A stretch of 64,000 nt of DNA from the NCBI GenBank assembly GCA_047495785.1, contig JBLDXI010000024.1:3472001-3536000 (forward strand), given 5' to 3'. The notes beneath the pieces were generated by a model, which saw only the letters and a list, made by a program, of their open reading frames with translations, did no database searches and was not told the origin of the DNA. Both the position numbers and the translations under genes were made by a program. The stretch comes from Lepidodermella squamata. Lineage: Eukaryota > Animalia > Gastrotricha. Position 1 is the stretch's first letter. The number at the start of each line of letters is the position of its first letter. Shown here piece after piece: positions 34,001-46,542 of the stretch.

Positions 34001-34120
34001 TCCGGTAACTATTTGATTTTGATTTTGTGATATTGGATGGTCGTGCAACTTAGACTTCGAATTCTCTCGCCTTTTTCGACCCAAAAAATATCGGAAAATC
34101 AGAATAAAATAGTTACCGGA
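34001..34120. repeat. 120-bp imperfect foldback (mini-MITE-like)
   Basis: tccggtaactattt...tgatatt pairs with aatatcg...aaatagttaccgga. Confidence 0.65.
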
Positions 34121-34691
34121 CACATTTTTTATATCGTCATTTAGAGACATGGATAAACCGATTTTTATATGATTTTAAACAATTTCCGTGTGAGTTGCCG
34201 CGGGAGAATGGCAGTTTTGCCGAAAATTCCAAAAATATCAACATTCAAAAAATAATGCTAGAAAATTAATGCGGTCTGATTCGATATACCGTGAAATCTG
34301 GTATTTACCTCAAATAATTTAAAAAGAGAGTATTTCAGATGATTCACATAACATATCATTTTCTTTATTCGTCAGCACTTTTGAGATTGGATGATTGGAT
34401 GATTGATTGGATGAGATTGAGATCGGTCTGTCTATTTTAAAAAATAGTTCATTTTATAATGGGCGGTAAGGACGTTGGGTGATCAAAAAAGAGATCGCGT
34501 GCCGCGCTTTTTGCAATAGCAGCTCGAAAAAATTCACGATAGAAAGATCGCTTGCTTCCTATCCGCTACAATGTTGTCAATAGGTTCAGGTTTAGCACGA
34601 GGTTCCCTGCTAAGCAAATCATTTCTCATCCTATATAATTTGGATATTTTACAGAAATCTTAAAACTCTAATTTTTGCTGTTGCTAGAAAA

Positions 34692-35606
34692 ATGGCTACT
34701 GCTGAGTCAATGGTAACAAATCTTAAGTAATTTTATTCAAGCAGAAACTTCGATATGTCTTTATAGGCTAGACGCGTAGGTCCACCTATCCTGCCCTTTC
34801 TACTGGCATTTGGTTACTACATGAAAGTTTACGGCGGCACTGTGTTTCCAGGTCGAATAGACTTTGCCGCCGCGTTATTCGCCCCGATGCTAGCCTTGAT
34901 CGGCTTCGTCTATTGGCAACGCAAGAACTGCGCTGGAACTTCGCCTCAGTACTCTAAATGGATCCTAACCGGTCTATTGGCATCATTGCTCGGTGATGCT
35001 TTCATGATGTTCGCGAAAACTAACGTCCAATCCCTTATCTGTGGTATGGTCGCTTTCGGAGCCGCTCATTGTTGTTACATCACAGCTTTCGGCCTGAAAC
35101 CTTTCCGCGAGAAAATATTCGCGCTTGTCTTCGGCGTCTATGGCCTCATTACCTTCATCCAGTCGGGGAAACTTGATGTCACCATGACAATTGCTGTTGC
35201 GTCTTACGGCCTGCTACTAGCAAGCATGGTTTGGCGAGCTTTGTCGCGAGTTCGCAACTGGAGCGATTTTTGGACATGGACAAAGCTTTGCGCAGTTTTA
35301 GGTCGATAAAAATGAAAAACTTTATTCTTATTTTTTTAATAATTTTTCATCTTAGGTTCCCTGTCATTTGCCATAAGTGATTCGATTATAAGCGAGCGCC
35401 AATTCAACCAGTCAGATCCCGCAGATATGGAAAAATCCCAAATCGTTATTATGATCACTTACTATCTTGGCCAACTCGGTGGGTCTATAAGAAATATTTG
35501 GTCTTTCATTTTCATAAATATCTTTTTCCTTCCAGGTATCGCCCTTTCCGTTGTGGATTCACACGAAGTCGTTGGGAAATTCACTTCAGCTTTCAAGAGA
35601 AAATAG
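34692..35606 (+). CDS. TMEM86/YhhN lysoplasmalogenase-like, copy 2 (exons 34692-34712, 34767-35301, 35356-35478, 35536-35606)
   Basis: Same 4-exon structure and motifs as copy 1 (LGDAF, AH..Y..AFG, MVWRA, ISDS, MITYYLGQLGIALS). Confidence 0.9.
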
Positions 35607-36538
35607 TCAATTTCGAAATGGAAAATAATGCAATATTACACACTGTGAATAATTTAATAATAACAGCATTTGTTTGGGCTTGTGACTGGCTCATGCCGAT
35701 AATGATAGAATTTTCCCCGTATTTTTATCACCCACCTTGATCTTCGGCGAATGAAAATGAGCTCGAAATGAGAACTTCGAAAACAAAAAATGATCGAAAT
35801 AAAATACCGTAAACCAGTACAACTTTGAACACGATAAAAATGCATTATTTCTACTGGGATAATTTTAAGGATAAAGGTTTACCTGACAGTGTTCGCATTT
35901 CCGATCGAGCGTAGTGTCCCACCATATGTAAACTATGATCATGATATTATCTCTAGCGTTTAATTACAAGTATCGTTTCGGATCTCGGATCGGACTGAAG
36001 CCGGGAAAAGATCTTGAATTTAGGTACAGTAGCGCGGGGCGACCAACTGTGGAAACTCTTGGCTTTACACTATAGTCTCGTTGAGGTGGATTATCAATTA
36101 AAATTCAATAATCATGGACAACAAGAGTGGTTGCCAGCAGCTGTGGAAAAAGAGATGGGACATGGCTGGATCCACAAATTCGAAATAATTTACTGCAATA
36201 GGTTCAACATAGGTCAAAAGTTTCAGCTATCATCTTTGTTATCAATGTGCTGTTTGCGTTTGATTTTTTCTGAGCTTGCTGATATAAAGTCTGTCGCTAA
36301 TGATAATAATACGATAATACTCAAGCTATAATACCTGGCGTGGCAATGGATAGTTTTTTCATTGATATTAACATTAAGTAAACTTGGAAAAAACTTGCTG
36401 CTACAAAGCCGGCCTGCTTTTTATTTTTTACCTGAGTCATACGATTAACCATGGAAATCTCTTATTTTTTAAAGCTCAGGTTTAGACCGAAATTGCCAGC
36501 TCCCAGAAATCTTAAAACTATAACTTTTACTGCTATTA

Positions 36539-37449
36539 ATGGCTACTGCTGAATCTATGGTAAGACATTTTAGTCATTTCATTCAAGCAGAAACTTCGAC
36601 ATGCATTTAGGCCAGGCGCGTAGGTCCGCCCATCCTGCCCTTTCTACTGGCATTTGGTTTCTACTTCAAAGTTTACGGCGGCGCTGAATTGCCAGGGCGT
36701 ATAGATTATATCGCCGCAAAAATCGCCCCGATGATGGCCTTGATGGGCTTTGTCTATTGGCAACGCAAGAACTGCGCCGGAACTTCGCCTCAGTTCTCTA
36801 AATGGGTGCTTATCGGTCTATTCCTATCATCATTCGGTGATGTTTTCATGATTTACGGGAAAACTAACGTCCAAGCTCTCATCTGTGGTATGGTCGCTTT
36901 CGGAGCTGCTCATGGCTGCTACATGGCAGCATTCGGCCTGAAACCTTTCCGCGAGAAAATTTTCGCGCTTTGCTTCGGTCTATACGGCCTCATTTTCTTT
37001 ATTCAGTCGGGGAAACTTGATTTCACCATGAAAATTGCTGTTGCCTCGTACGGTCTGGTACTGGTGAGCATGGTTTGGCGAGCTTTGGCGCGAGTTCGCA
37101 GCTCGAGTGATATTTGGACATGGACGAAGCTGTGCGCAGTTTTAGGTCGGTAAAAATGAAAAACGTCGTAGTTTTATTTAAAGAATTGTTCTATTAGGTT
37201 CCCTATCGTTTGCTATAAGTGATTCGATTTTAAGCGAGCGCCTTTTCAACCAGTCTGAAGCCGCAGCTCTGGAAAAATTTCAAGTCGTTGTCATGATCAC
37301 TTATTATCTGGGTCAACTTGGTGAGGCTGAATAGGGCCTTGTTTCTCTCTTTTTTCATGAAAATTCATATAATTTTAGGTATCGCCCTTTCCGTTGTGGA
37401 TTCACATGAAGTCATTGGAAAATTCACTTCGGCTTTCAAAAGAAAATAA
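36539..37449 (+). CDS. TMEM86/YhhN lysoplasmalogenase-like, copy 3 (tandem duplicate of copy 2)
   Basis: MATAESM exon 1, FGDVF, MVWRA, ISDS, ITYYLGQLGIALS. High similarity to copy 2 including introns. Confidence 0.9.
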
Positions 37450-39194
37450 TTTGGAGAATGGGAAGTATTAATGACTATCCAGTATAGTTCGAACGAGCAA
37501 TCGATTAACTTTTTATGAATGTTTTACATTAGATTCACACGTAACTACGAACCCGACTAAGAATGCATTACGATGATGTCACTATTCCTAATTATTCAAT
37601 AATAAAACAGACGCTAGCAACTCTCCCTATCCAGTTTACTCGGCTACTAGCTACTAGCATCAGTTCCACATGCTGATCTGATTCTGTGCTCCAGGTGTGC
37701 TCCATGAGGGACTGCTATTTGAACGTTTTCGAAAATTTCCGATGAACTTATAAGAGTTGAGGAAACCATGAAGAACAGAAAGAAGCGATCCGAATTTTGA
37801 AGCACTTCCTCGCTGACTGAACTGAAGGAGTCCGCCGTACAATATTAATCATGCCCATTAATCATGTCCAAGCTACGCCTAAAGCAATGAAACGTAAAAT
37901 GCACCTTTAACCGATGAAATCATAGCCGCTCAATGCTACGGCCCCAGTTCTAGGACGCCCACAGGCGTTCAGGGTTACCGTGCTCTTCCTATGGCGTCTG
38001 ATCTTCTAAGGATGACGATTTGATCTAAGGGATGAATTTTGACTAAAGAAGATGCGCTGAATCCAAATCTGCAATCAGATCTAACACACCTATCACAGAA
38101 GTGAAGCAAAGTGGGTCATGAGGGTGTGGGTGTCCATAGCAGTTGTTGGAGGTAACCCTACCACTTTGGAGGTAACCTAACCCTACCTGAAAATGCAAAT
38201 ATGGAAGAACTGTTATAAAAATTGTCAGCTAGGGTGATCACGATGCGGCGATTTCGAATCTGAAATCAGAACTTGATTATCTGTTACAGATCCCGAGATA
38301 TGAATTCAGAGCTAACTATATGCCTGCAGCCCCACAGCCCGTCGTCCCGCGGTGGGGCCGCAGAGATGCATTAAAACAGGGAAAAATTATTTTTATTTAA
38401 TAATTTTATTTATTAACTTAAAATATAATTTTTCTGAGTAAATTAATTAAAATGTAATGCATTTAAAGCGGGTATTTTGCCTCTAAAGTACGACCAATCA
38501 GGAACGTCGATGAGGCGAATGTAGCGCCCCAGTCGCCGCGGTTTAAGATTTTTTGAATCTAAAAGCATGCGATAAAAAAATCCTCGTTAATTGTGAAATA
38601 CTTTAAAATTTTTATTTACGTATAGTTTTAGCGGCGAAATTGTTATTTTTAAATTGCTTCAATGAGTAATGTGGAGGTTGCAATTTGGTCAGCTGATCTT
38701 GATGTGCAACATGTGATCCCACCGCACCTAACCCTTCGCCAAGTTGGATGGATGTCGACAGGGTCCTGCTATTGGGCTGATACGAGATTCTACCTGGATT
38801 CGGCAGCCTGGTTTTCTAGAGTTAGAGATCGGATTCTACTTCTAACTGGATAGAAATTTTTGTTGAAGCTCAAAGCGGCCGAGTAAGTATTTTAAGAGTA
38901 AGCAGTAAGCACTGCGGCCTGTAGACTAGGTATTCGTCAATAAAAGTTCTCGTATTTGAATGTGGAGGAATCGATAGTGGGTAGCCAGCACACCTTCAAA
39001 TCTTCCCAACCTGTCATCATCATCATGAGTGAACATTAGACAAAGTGATATTGGGCATTAGACGAATGTATTTTGCATAGGTATGTGAAGAGAGCCGTCA
39101 GTCCTGTCCTCAGCCTGTTGTCGACTACTTACCTACTTTTTTACTTATTTTAATTCTCATATTAAAACATGTATGATAGGTTTTAACTTTCGAA

Positions 39195-41824
39195 ATGGCA
39201 AGTATCATTAGTGGCCCTGGGAATGTGCAGTTACCTCCGGCAAGCCACGTTAAACGTGTCGTTGTGACTATCCCGCCCGAAGTTTCTCAGCCATTTTACT
39301 TCGATACCTCCAAGCCAATCTTCGAAATTGTGCAATCATTCTGCGAAAGTCATGGAGTGCAGGACTACGTGAATTACAGTTTCAAATTCTCTGACAGTGG
39401 TCGATATATCACGGAGAAGAACAAACACTCAGTCACAGGAGGTCAATTTCTAACCCTGTGTGAGTCGAGTTTGACCGTCGCCAATCGATTGACATTTGAG
39501 ATGCGGCGAGAATCAACACAGAGTGAGCGGATAAGCCAACTGCTGCAAATGCTGAGGACATCTGAATCAGCCCCAGATTTAGACGAGGACGGTTTCGCGC
39601 AGCATTTCGCTTCCCAGCAAGGTATCGCCGATCTGAACCAAATCGTCGCGACCAAATCAGTGAGCCATGTCACCGCCACAGCGTTGCAATGCCTTGTTCA
39701 AATATTCAAAATTTTGGATTGCTCCAAATACGGCGATTCTGGCTTAATCGCTACAGTATGCAGTGAACTTCAGAAAAATCGGCAGAAAATTGAGCCGAAT
39801 TCTTTTACCGCGAATTACATCGCATCTTCATTCCAGTTACTGAGCACATTTTTAGAACAAAATGTTGCTGAGATCTGCAACTCTTTTCCGGCGAATATTC
39901 ATTTTGTTGCCGCGACTTATTTGGAGCCCAACTGCTGTTCTGAAATTGTGCTATCAGTGCTGATGTTTCTAAATAAATTTCTCGACCACCACCCTGATGA
40001 ATTGACGTTTCTTCTCGACGGCAAGCCGCCTACTTGCATCAATTTGCGAAAAGCCTTGAGTGATATTCTACATTTAATCGGCAGCCAGAAAGCAATTTCT
40101 GCGCAAGCTTCGGATCTCATGCGAAGAATTGCAGATAGAGAAGCTTGCGATTGGGCTGATATCTCCAATTTATCTGAAAAAATTGCTGAAAAGTCGGGAA
40201 CAATTCAAACGTTGATATATAATCTCACTGGTTTGAAAGAGCCCTGTATTCCATTCAACAAAATGGCTGGTTATGACTTGATTTTACCGAGAGAAACCGA
40301 TTTTGGTAAAATCGATATCTCATCGTTAATGGCACTGTCTTCCCTCGAATATTTATTGGTTAATTGGCGAGATTTTACGGCTGATTTGAAGTTGTACAAC
40401 TTGGAAGTGGCTGATAATTGCAAAATTCCACTCGGTCGCTTAGCCGTTGAAATTTGCCGCCACGTTTATCATCGGCATTTTTCGAAAAGCGACTTTGCTC
40501 TCGGCACTATTCGACTCGTTTTCTGCGCAGCATCGCCTGATCCTGTTAACGAATCGTCTTATGATCTGCTTTTTGCTAAAGTTTGATTTTACTTGATTTT
40601 ACTAAGGTTTAATTATCGGCCTGCTTTTCGAAGTTGGTATTTTTTGGCAAAAATCGAAAAGTTGAGCAAATATAATCCTAGTAGCACTTGGGTAGAATTG
40701 GCAACTAAAATCAGCTAGGGGAATTTTCAATTAAACATTTCAAAAACCGGCAGTCCGATGGTATTATGAAGTTTGCCTAACGTTTCAGGGTGGGGAACTC
40801 TATTTTTCTATTCATTTTTCTATTCTTTCGAATATTTGATGTTGATTAATTTAATTGTTCTAGCTGTTGGATGTCGCTGTTTCAACATGGAAGCTAACTG
40901 AAGGCGGCAAGACGCCATTCGACCGCGTTATCGCAATAATCCGCGATCAAATCGACGCAATATTCGCGCAACCGTTGAAATCGTCCAACGAGGCTGAATT
41001 CGACGAAATTCTTCAGCGGCAGTCTTACAGTAGAATGCGCCAATGTTGGCTGCAGCAACAAGTCGATGGCCTCGAGAAAGTTCGACTAGGCGAAATTGGC
41101 CGCCGTTTGGAGGCTATTTTCGAGCCGCACGCGTTTGATTTGATCAAAAAGCAACGATTAGCCGTTTTATCGCTCGGGAAATCGTTTCTGAAAATTCCGA
41201 AAACTCAACCGCCTGAGTGGCCGTGTCGTTACTTCAAATTACAGGCGAATCGAACAGAACTCGCCTATCAAGATTTGGAGGAGAACTCGTCGTCTGTTGC
41301 GCCGCGGACGCTGCAGTATAGCATTGCTTGTGGGGATATTAAGGATATTATGGAGGGAGAGCAGTTGGCGAGGCCGCCGAAGAATGTTGATCTGGCGACG
41401 GTTTTTGGAATGCATCGCGTGTTGCCTAAGGATTCGGAGACCGAGTCGACGGATCGCGATGAGAAAACGTTCTTTCAAGCGCCCGATGTGAGGACTTGCC
41501 TGATGTGGAAGGACGGGCTGCGGTTATTCATCGATCCAAGCATTTCCAAGGTAAGAATTGAAAAATTCGAAAATTTTCAATTTTTGCGGAACCAAATTTA
41601 ATATATTTAAAAAATATTTCGTTATTGAAAAAAATCACACATAATTTTAAAAATCATGTTAAAAATCATAATTTTAATAGGAAAAATTGTCGAAAGATTT
41701 TCGGCTCGAAGTCGAAACTGTGGTGCAGTTGGAAATTCTCACTCGTCTATCAGAGCTTGGAGATTTTGCGGCGACACCAGTTAATTTGCCGGTCGACTTT
41801 TTCCGGCCACCTGATGACTGCTGA
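39195..41824 (+). CDS. Divergent ELMO/CED-12 family protein (exons 39195-40580, 40864-41550, 41681-41824)
   Basis: N-terminal RBD-like YSFKFSD..RYITEKNK. PH region LIKKQRL..L..G..F...YFKL.....L.Y.D.EE...I...DIK....G...APD.....W.DGL. Final helix E......LEI..RL..L. Confidence 0.8.
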
Positions 41825-42590
41825 CAAAAAAAACTATTCAAGGATCTTCTTGGTGCATTTTTATCTTCTGCTTTCGACAAAATAACGCATTATTTTATAA
41901 TTTATTGATGAATCATTCCAGTTTTCCAACTTTTGAGCATGCTGCTTTGAGCAAAAATAAATGATATATTCGAGTTTTAAAAACTGTGTCTCGTCCGGTG
42001 AAAATGTATCAAAATGGTTGCTTAACTAGCAAAAATTTTAATGAAAAAAAAATGAAAAGAAAAATGAGCCAACTAAAATTACCATGCCATTTACAAACGA
42101 TTTTTTTTTGTTTCGTGCATTTCGCCAATTTCCAGGTACTCAAACTATAGCGAAAGTCCCTTACAAAGATTGCCAAATGCGATATGCCTCACACCAGCTG
42201 CTTTGATAATAGCCCGAAGAGATGAAAGTCTGATGCAAATAGATGCTAATTCTTCTCTGACTTTTTGATGGTAACCCTTTATAACTCACACCTGTTCAAA
42301 CGGAAGGCACATCATAGATGTTGGAATTGGTGGAGACGCAGACTTGTTAATTTGAAGGGAGTAAGAAGAGAAGAATCGTCATCTCAATTGCGCAGTCAGT
42401 GAAAACTCGTACAATTGTCGAAAAAATGGAATCGAATCTTATTTCTGGTCAACTGTATGCTCCTTGCTCGCATGACTCTGCAGTTTTTTTACGCTTGAAT
42501 CCGCGAGATATTCAATGTTAACTTGAATTCAATCGGTGGCTTTCAGATTAAGTTGCAAAAATGCTGAGAAGGGGACGAGATAGGGGCTCT

Positions 42591-42887
42591 CAGGGGCGTA
42601 ACCAGCTGATTGTTTTGGTTGTTCAAGCAACTACCAAAATGAAAACACAAAAACCCTATTTTCGGCCTATAAGCGTTGGGTTATAGGCTTGGGCCTTATA
42701 TTCGGCTTGTTTTCTCTAGAAAATGACTCGAATGTCTTATAACGTGAACGTGGAGGAAATGTTTACCGCGCTTGAAATTTTTCCAATTTAAAATCGGCAC
42801 TCGTAGACCTTGGATTCTCCATGAAAAACTGAATTTTTCACTCACAGATCCATAAATTCCAAAAACTTTCCTGGTGACGCCCCCCTG
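42591..42887. mobile_element. ~300-bp hAT-type MITE
   Basis: TIR caggggcgtaaccag / ctggtgacgcccccctg. Flanks ggggctct and tcggctct (6/8 match, decayed 8-bp TSD). Confidence 0.65.
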
Positions 42888-43187
42888 TCGGCTCTTCTTT
42901 ATGCTTTAGCCGGAAAAAAATTCATCTTTATTAACCTGGAATCCGCTCTCAGGCATCCAACATTATGCAATTGCGATTCCTTATCCGGAATATACTTTGG
43001 TTCGATTCTTGAAATATGGCAACAATTAAAACATTACAACCCGTTTGTCATAGCTGATTAATAATTTATTCAATTTTTAACAAAAAGCACATGCTGCTCT
43101 GAGAAATGGTAAAAAAAGAAATCTCCGAGTTAGTAAATAATCAAATGTTCTTTGTTTGAATCACAACAATAAGTCATTTTTTGTCTA

Positions 43188-43820
43188 TTAAAGCCACGGG
43201 TCGTAATCGTCAGTTTCGCAGGTCATCAGCAGGGTGCACTCGATGGATTCAGTCGAAACCGGCTCAACTTTCTCACTCTTCACATGTTCCACGAGATCGA
43301 TGTGTTCCTCGAGCTGGCGCTTCGTTTTGAAAGAAAGATCGCACAAATCGCACTTGAATTTGAAATTCTCTGTTTTAAATAAGAAAATCAGTGAAAAAAT
43401 TGGTGCAACTGAAAAATAATTACTGTGTTCGCTGTAGTGTTTGTCCAATCGATAGCGCGTCGTGTAACTTTCACTGCAGTGGACGCAAGCATAAGGCCGG
43501 GTGCTTTTCTTCTTCGATCGCTTCATAGCATCAGAATAGTGACGATGGCTGCGCAAATCTTCGATAGAACTGAAATTCTTCTTGCAAATTCCACAACTGT
43601 AATACTGATCCGGGCCTACAGTGTAGAATTTAGTAGGATCTGCTGATTCGGATGTCTGGTTGCAGTTGCTTTCGCCAGGTTCGGTCGAGTTTTCATTGCC
43701 GGCTGTTTCGTAAAAATTCGAGAAAAGCGGCACCTTCACGCCGTCGATGCTCAATGACGACTGTGATGTTCGAGCTTGTTCATTCGAGCATTCGCTAAGA
43801 ATGCTTTTCTCAGGTTTCAT
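43188..43820 (-). CDS. Small C2H2 zinc-finger protein (probable 54-nt intron 43423-43370)
   Basis: Three fingers: YSCGICKKNF.....L..H, YACVHC...Y.....L..H...H, FKCDLC...F.....L..H....H. Confidence 0.85.
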   Translation of the reverse strand: MKPEKSILSECSNEQARTSQSSLSIDGVKVPLFSNFYETAGNENSTEPGESNCNQTSESADPTKFYTVGPDQYYSCGICKKNFSSIEDLRSHRHYSDAMKRSKKKSTRPYACVHCSESYTTRYRLDKHYSEHSNYFSVAPIFSLIFLFKTENFKFKCDLCDLSFKTKRQLEEHIDLVEHVKSEKVEPVSTESIECTLLMTCETDDYDPWL

Positions 43821-44837
43821 TGCTTTTCTATAATCAAAGAAATCTAGTACTATTCAAAACAAAGTTGATAATAAAAATGGTTAAATAAGATGGTTCTCAT
43901 GAATCATTTCCATCGCAATCTGAAGCGTTTTCCCTCGCTGTTTACGGTTAGAAACAGCTCGGACTACGGGTCAGCGTGCTTGTCGAACGAATTGATCCAC
44001 ACGCAAAGGGATCTAGCACTTAGCGCCCTCTTTAGGCCGCACTTATTTCTACCGGCTAGTTCATGTTAAAATCCCATCAACCTCAAGAAACATCTCAAGC
44101 TGTCAAGAAAGCACATCCACAATAATAGAGCAGAGCAATAAATATGAGCAAAAGCAGAATCATGACATTTTAATATTGCTTTGCAAGACTTATGGAACAG
44201 TGGCGTAAGTACAACACAACAAAGCGTGGTAGTAGTATTAGTGCTCATGCATTATCAACATTTCACTGCGTGGCAGGGGAGGCTGCGAGTTCCACCACTC
44301 CAATGTTCGCGGTTTGCGGCAGCTTCTTTCGGACGTGTAAGACCATTTTCGCAATCGCTTCCAGTCGGCAATTCGGGTAGGCAATAAACAGGGGATCTGC
44401 TATTTGTAGGATCATTGCTCCAGCCGTCAGTCAGGTCCTTCGTTTTTCCTTCGTTTTCCTTTCTGTCAGCGTGACACGCACTCTGCCGAGATGTTTCCTG
44501 TTATGAGTTATGCCGAGCGCCGAGGCTTGCGAAGCGCATGACCAATGACCAGAATATCGCCACTTAGCATGCGTCCCATGCGAAAATCAGTGAAGGCACC
44601 GATCAGCTGATATCGCCGGACGAATTTTGAATTCCGCGCCTAACTTTTCTAAAATGTTTAATAACATTTATAAAATTCCAAAAATCAGTAAACATTATTT
44701 AAATTTTATTGGGGTGAAGAACATTGCGGTAAATTTTCAAAAAATGTCCGGAATGATCTGGAATTCCAGTTTAAAATAGTGGCCCTGCGGTATTTTCAGT
44801 TACGTCATTACAGCAAGTTATGATGTAATATAATCAC

Positions 44838-44873
44838 GAAGATTCTAGAAAATTCCATGCCACATCTATTTAA
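44838..44873 (+). promoter_or_regulatory. Heat-shock element and TATA-like box
   Basis: GAAgaTTCtaGAAaaTTC at 44838-44855 and TATTTAA at 44867, upstream of the sHSP. Confidence 0.85.
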
Positions 44874-45071
44874 GCCCTTCGCTTGGGTATTGGTTTATGA
44901 TTATTGGTTAGTAGGTACTTCTTATACAAACTTACATCTGAATTGATTCCTGATTGATCCGCACTAAGGTTGTTTAGTTCTGTCACCAACTACTTCGCGA
45001 ACCGAGAATTCCTGTGGCTAATCGATCCTTGTTTTCTATTTTTCATTTAGAAAGTGATTTACGTTTGTAAA

Positions 45072-45725
45072 ATGAATCGTTTGCTCATGATTTCGCGAAG
45101 TGCACCTAAGCTTGCGTACTTGGCTCGCGGTGTTCAGCCTTCGCCGCGCTTGTTCTCTTCATCGGCTATTACGGCAGGTCGACACAACCTTCAGATTTTT
45201 CGCGATCCGTTCTTTTCTGGGCCCCCGGCTGTCACTGACGTGTTTCGAGCCATGGAAAAGACAATGCGAGATTTGGAGAGCAATTTCTTCCGCCCAGCTT
45301 TCTCGCCGTGGCGTGCCCTAGCCAATACTAAGGAGGTTCTGGAAGATTTCCCCGAAGTCAAGTACACAAGCAAGGATTTCACCATTAAACTCAACGTTTC
45401 GAAGTTTGTCGACGGCGATTTGAAATGCGAGGTGGTCGACAATAACACTCTGCGCATCAAAGGCAGTCATGAGATCAAGTCTGGCGAACATGGCTATGCT
45501 AAGCAGGAAATGACGCGCGAATTCTCCATCCCCGACGATGTCGATGTCGAATCACTGCAAACCAACCTGTCGGATGACGGTCTTCTCACGATTTCAGCCA
45601 GAGTCAAAGGCAATCAGGCCGCCGAATCTCGCAGGGAGATCAAAATCGAGAAGCCGCCTAAATTGAACAATTCAGCCTCGGCAACTAACGGACAACCAAG
45701 CGAACAGCCAAAAAAAGCTGACTAA
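45072..45725 (+). CDS. Small heat-shock protein with probable mitochondrial presequence
   Basis: Arg/Ser/Leu-rich acid-free N-terminus (MNRLLMISRS...PRLFSSS). Alpha-crystallin core (L.VSKF....L......LRIKGSHE...REFSIPDDVD...L..NLSDDGLLTISA) and IKI motif. Confidence 0.9.
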   Translation: MNRLLMISRSAPKLAYLARGVQPSPRLFSSSAITAGRHNLQIFRDPFFSGPPAVTDVFRAMEKTMRDLESNFFRPAFSPWRALANTKEVLEDFPEVKYTSKDFTIKLNVSKFVDGDLKCEVVDNNTLRIKGSHEIKSGEHGYAKQEMTREFSIPDDVDVESLQTNLSDDGLLTISARVKGNQAAESRREIKIEKPPKLNNSASATNGQPSEQPKKAD

Positions 45726-45987
45726 TCGTTCTCTTTCCGCATGATTTACTCTAACTGTGCTCTAGTGATAACTGAATTAGGCTTAGTGCTAGTTTCAAAC
45801 CAATAAAACAATAATTTCGCGTAACTTGAAATCGTTTATTGCGAAGGTTAAAATCGTCAATAGGAAGCGCTGACTTGAAATAGGCCACGGTCAGCATGCG
45901 ATAGATTCATTAAAAAAGTCAGCAAAATCAATTAATCTACTGACATGGATAAAAATACGCAGGCTCCAACAAAAAAATGCAATTCAA

Positions 45988-46446
45988 TTAATTCACCGGT
46001 GACGAGTGCTTCGTGTTAAAAACTTTACAGATCGCTGCGTACCAAGACTTCCACCTCGGCAAAATCTCAAACCGCCGCCGATTTTTCGAGTGACTCGATT
46101 TTCCACGATTTAACGAAGAGTTGAGGCTTTCGGATGACTGAGTTGAAACCGCACTGTCTGAACAGCTACACGACGAAAGATCATAAGATTTGGCACCATC
46201 GACACGATTTGCAGAAAGACATTGGAAGCGCTCGGAGTTCGATGATTTTGAGAAATCAAAACAAGCGGAATCAACCACGTTGCGAGCAACAGGTGCTGCG
46301 AACGATGGATTGTGAATGGTGAGATGCAAAATGAGATTTAAATCTAAACACAACACAGTCAAGAAAGCTTAATCAAATGAAAATAACTGACCTTGGTTGA
46401 CACCTAGCCGGCATGATCGAGCTGAACTCGTCAACGGGTCATTCAT
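45988..46446 (-). CDS. Hypothetical two-exon protein (46446-46392, 46343-45988)
   Basis: Acceptor-preceded ATG and a 48-nt GT-AG intron joining in frame (VNQ-D-LNL) to the Ser-rich ORF. No recognisable domain. Confidence 0.45.
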
Positions 46447-46542
46447 GCATTAAAAATCGATCTTGTCAAGATTTTACATAAAAATCTAAACAAGTAAACG
46501 AGAGCATATTAAATTTTCCGAACCTCAACAATTGTATAAAAA

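Noticed and set aside
38669-38998. Possible solo LTR (TG...AATAAA...CA) upstream of ELMO
   Set aside because: No target-site duplication and no second copy in the window.
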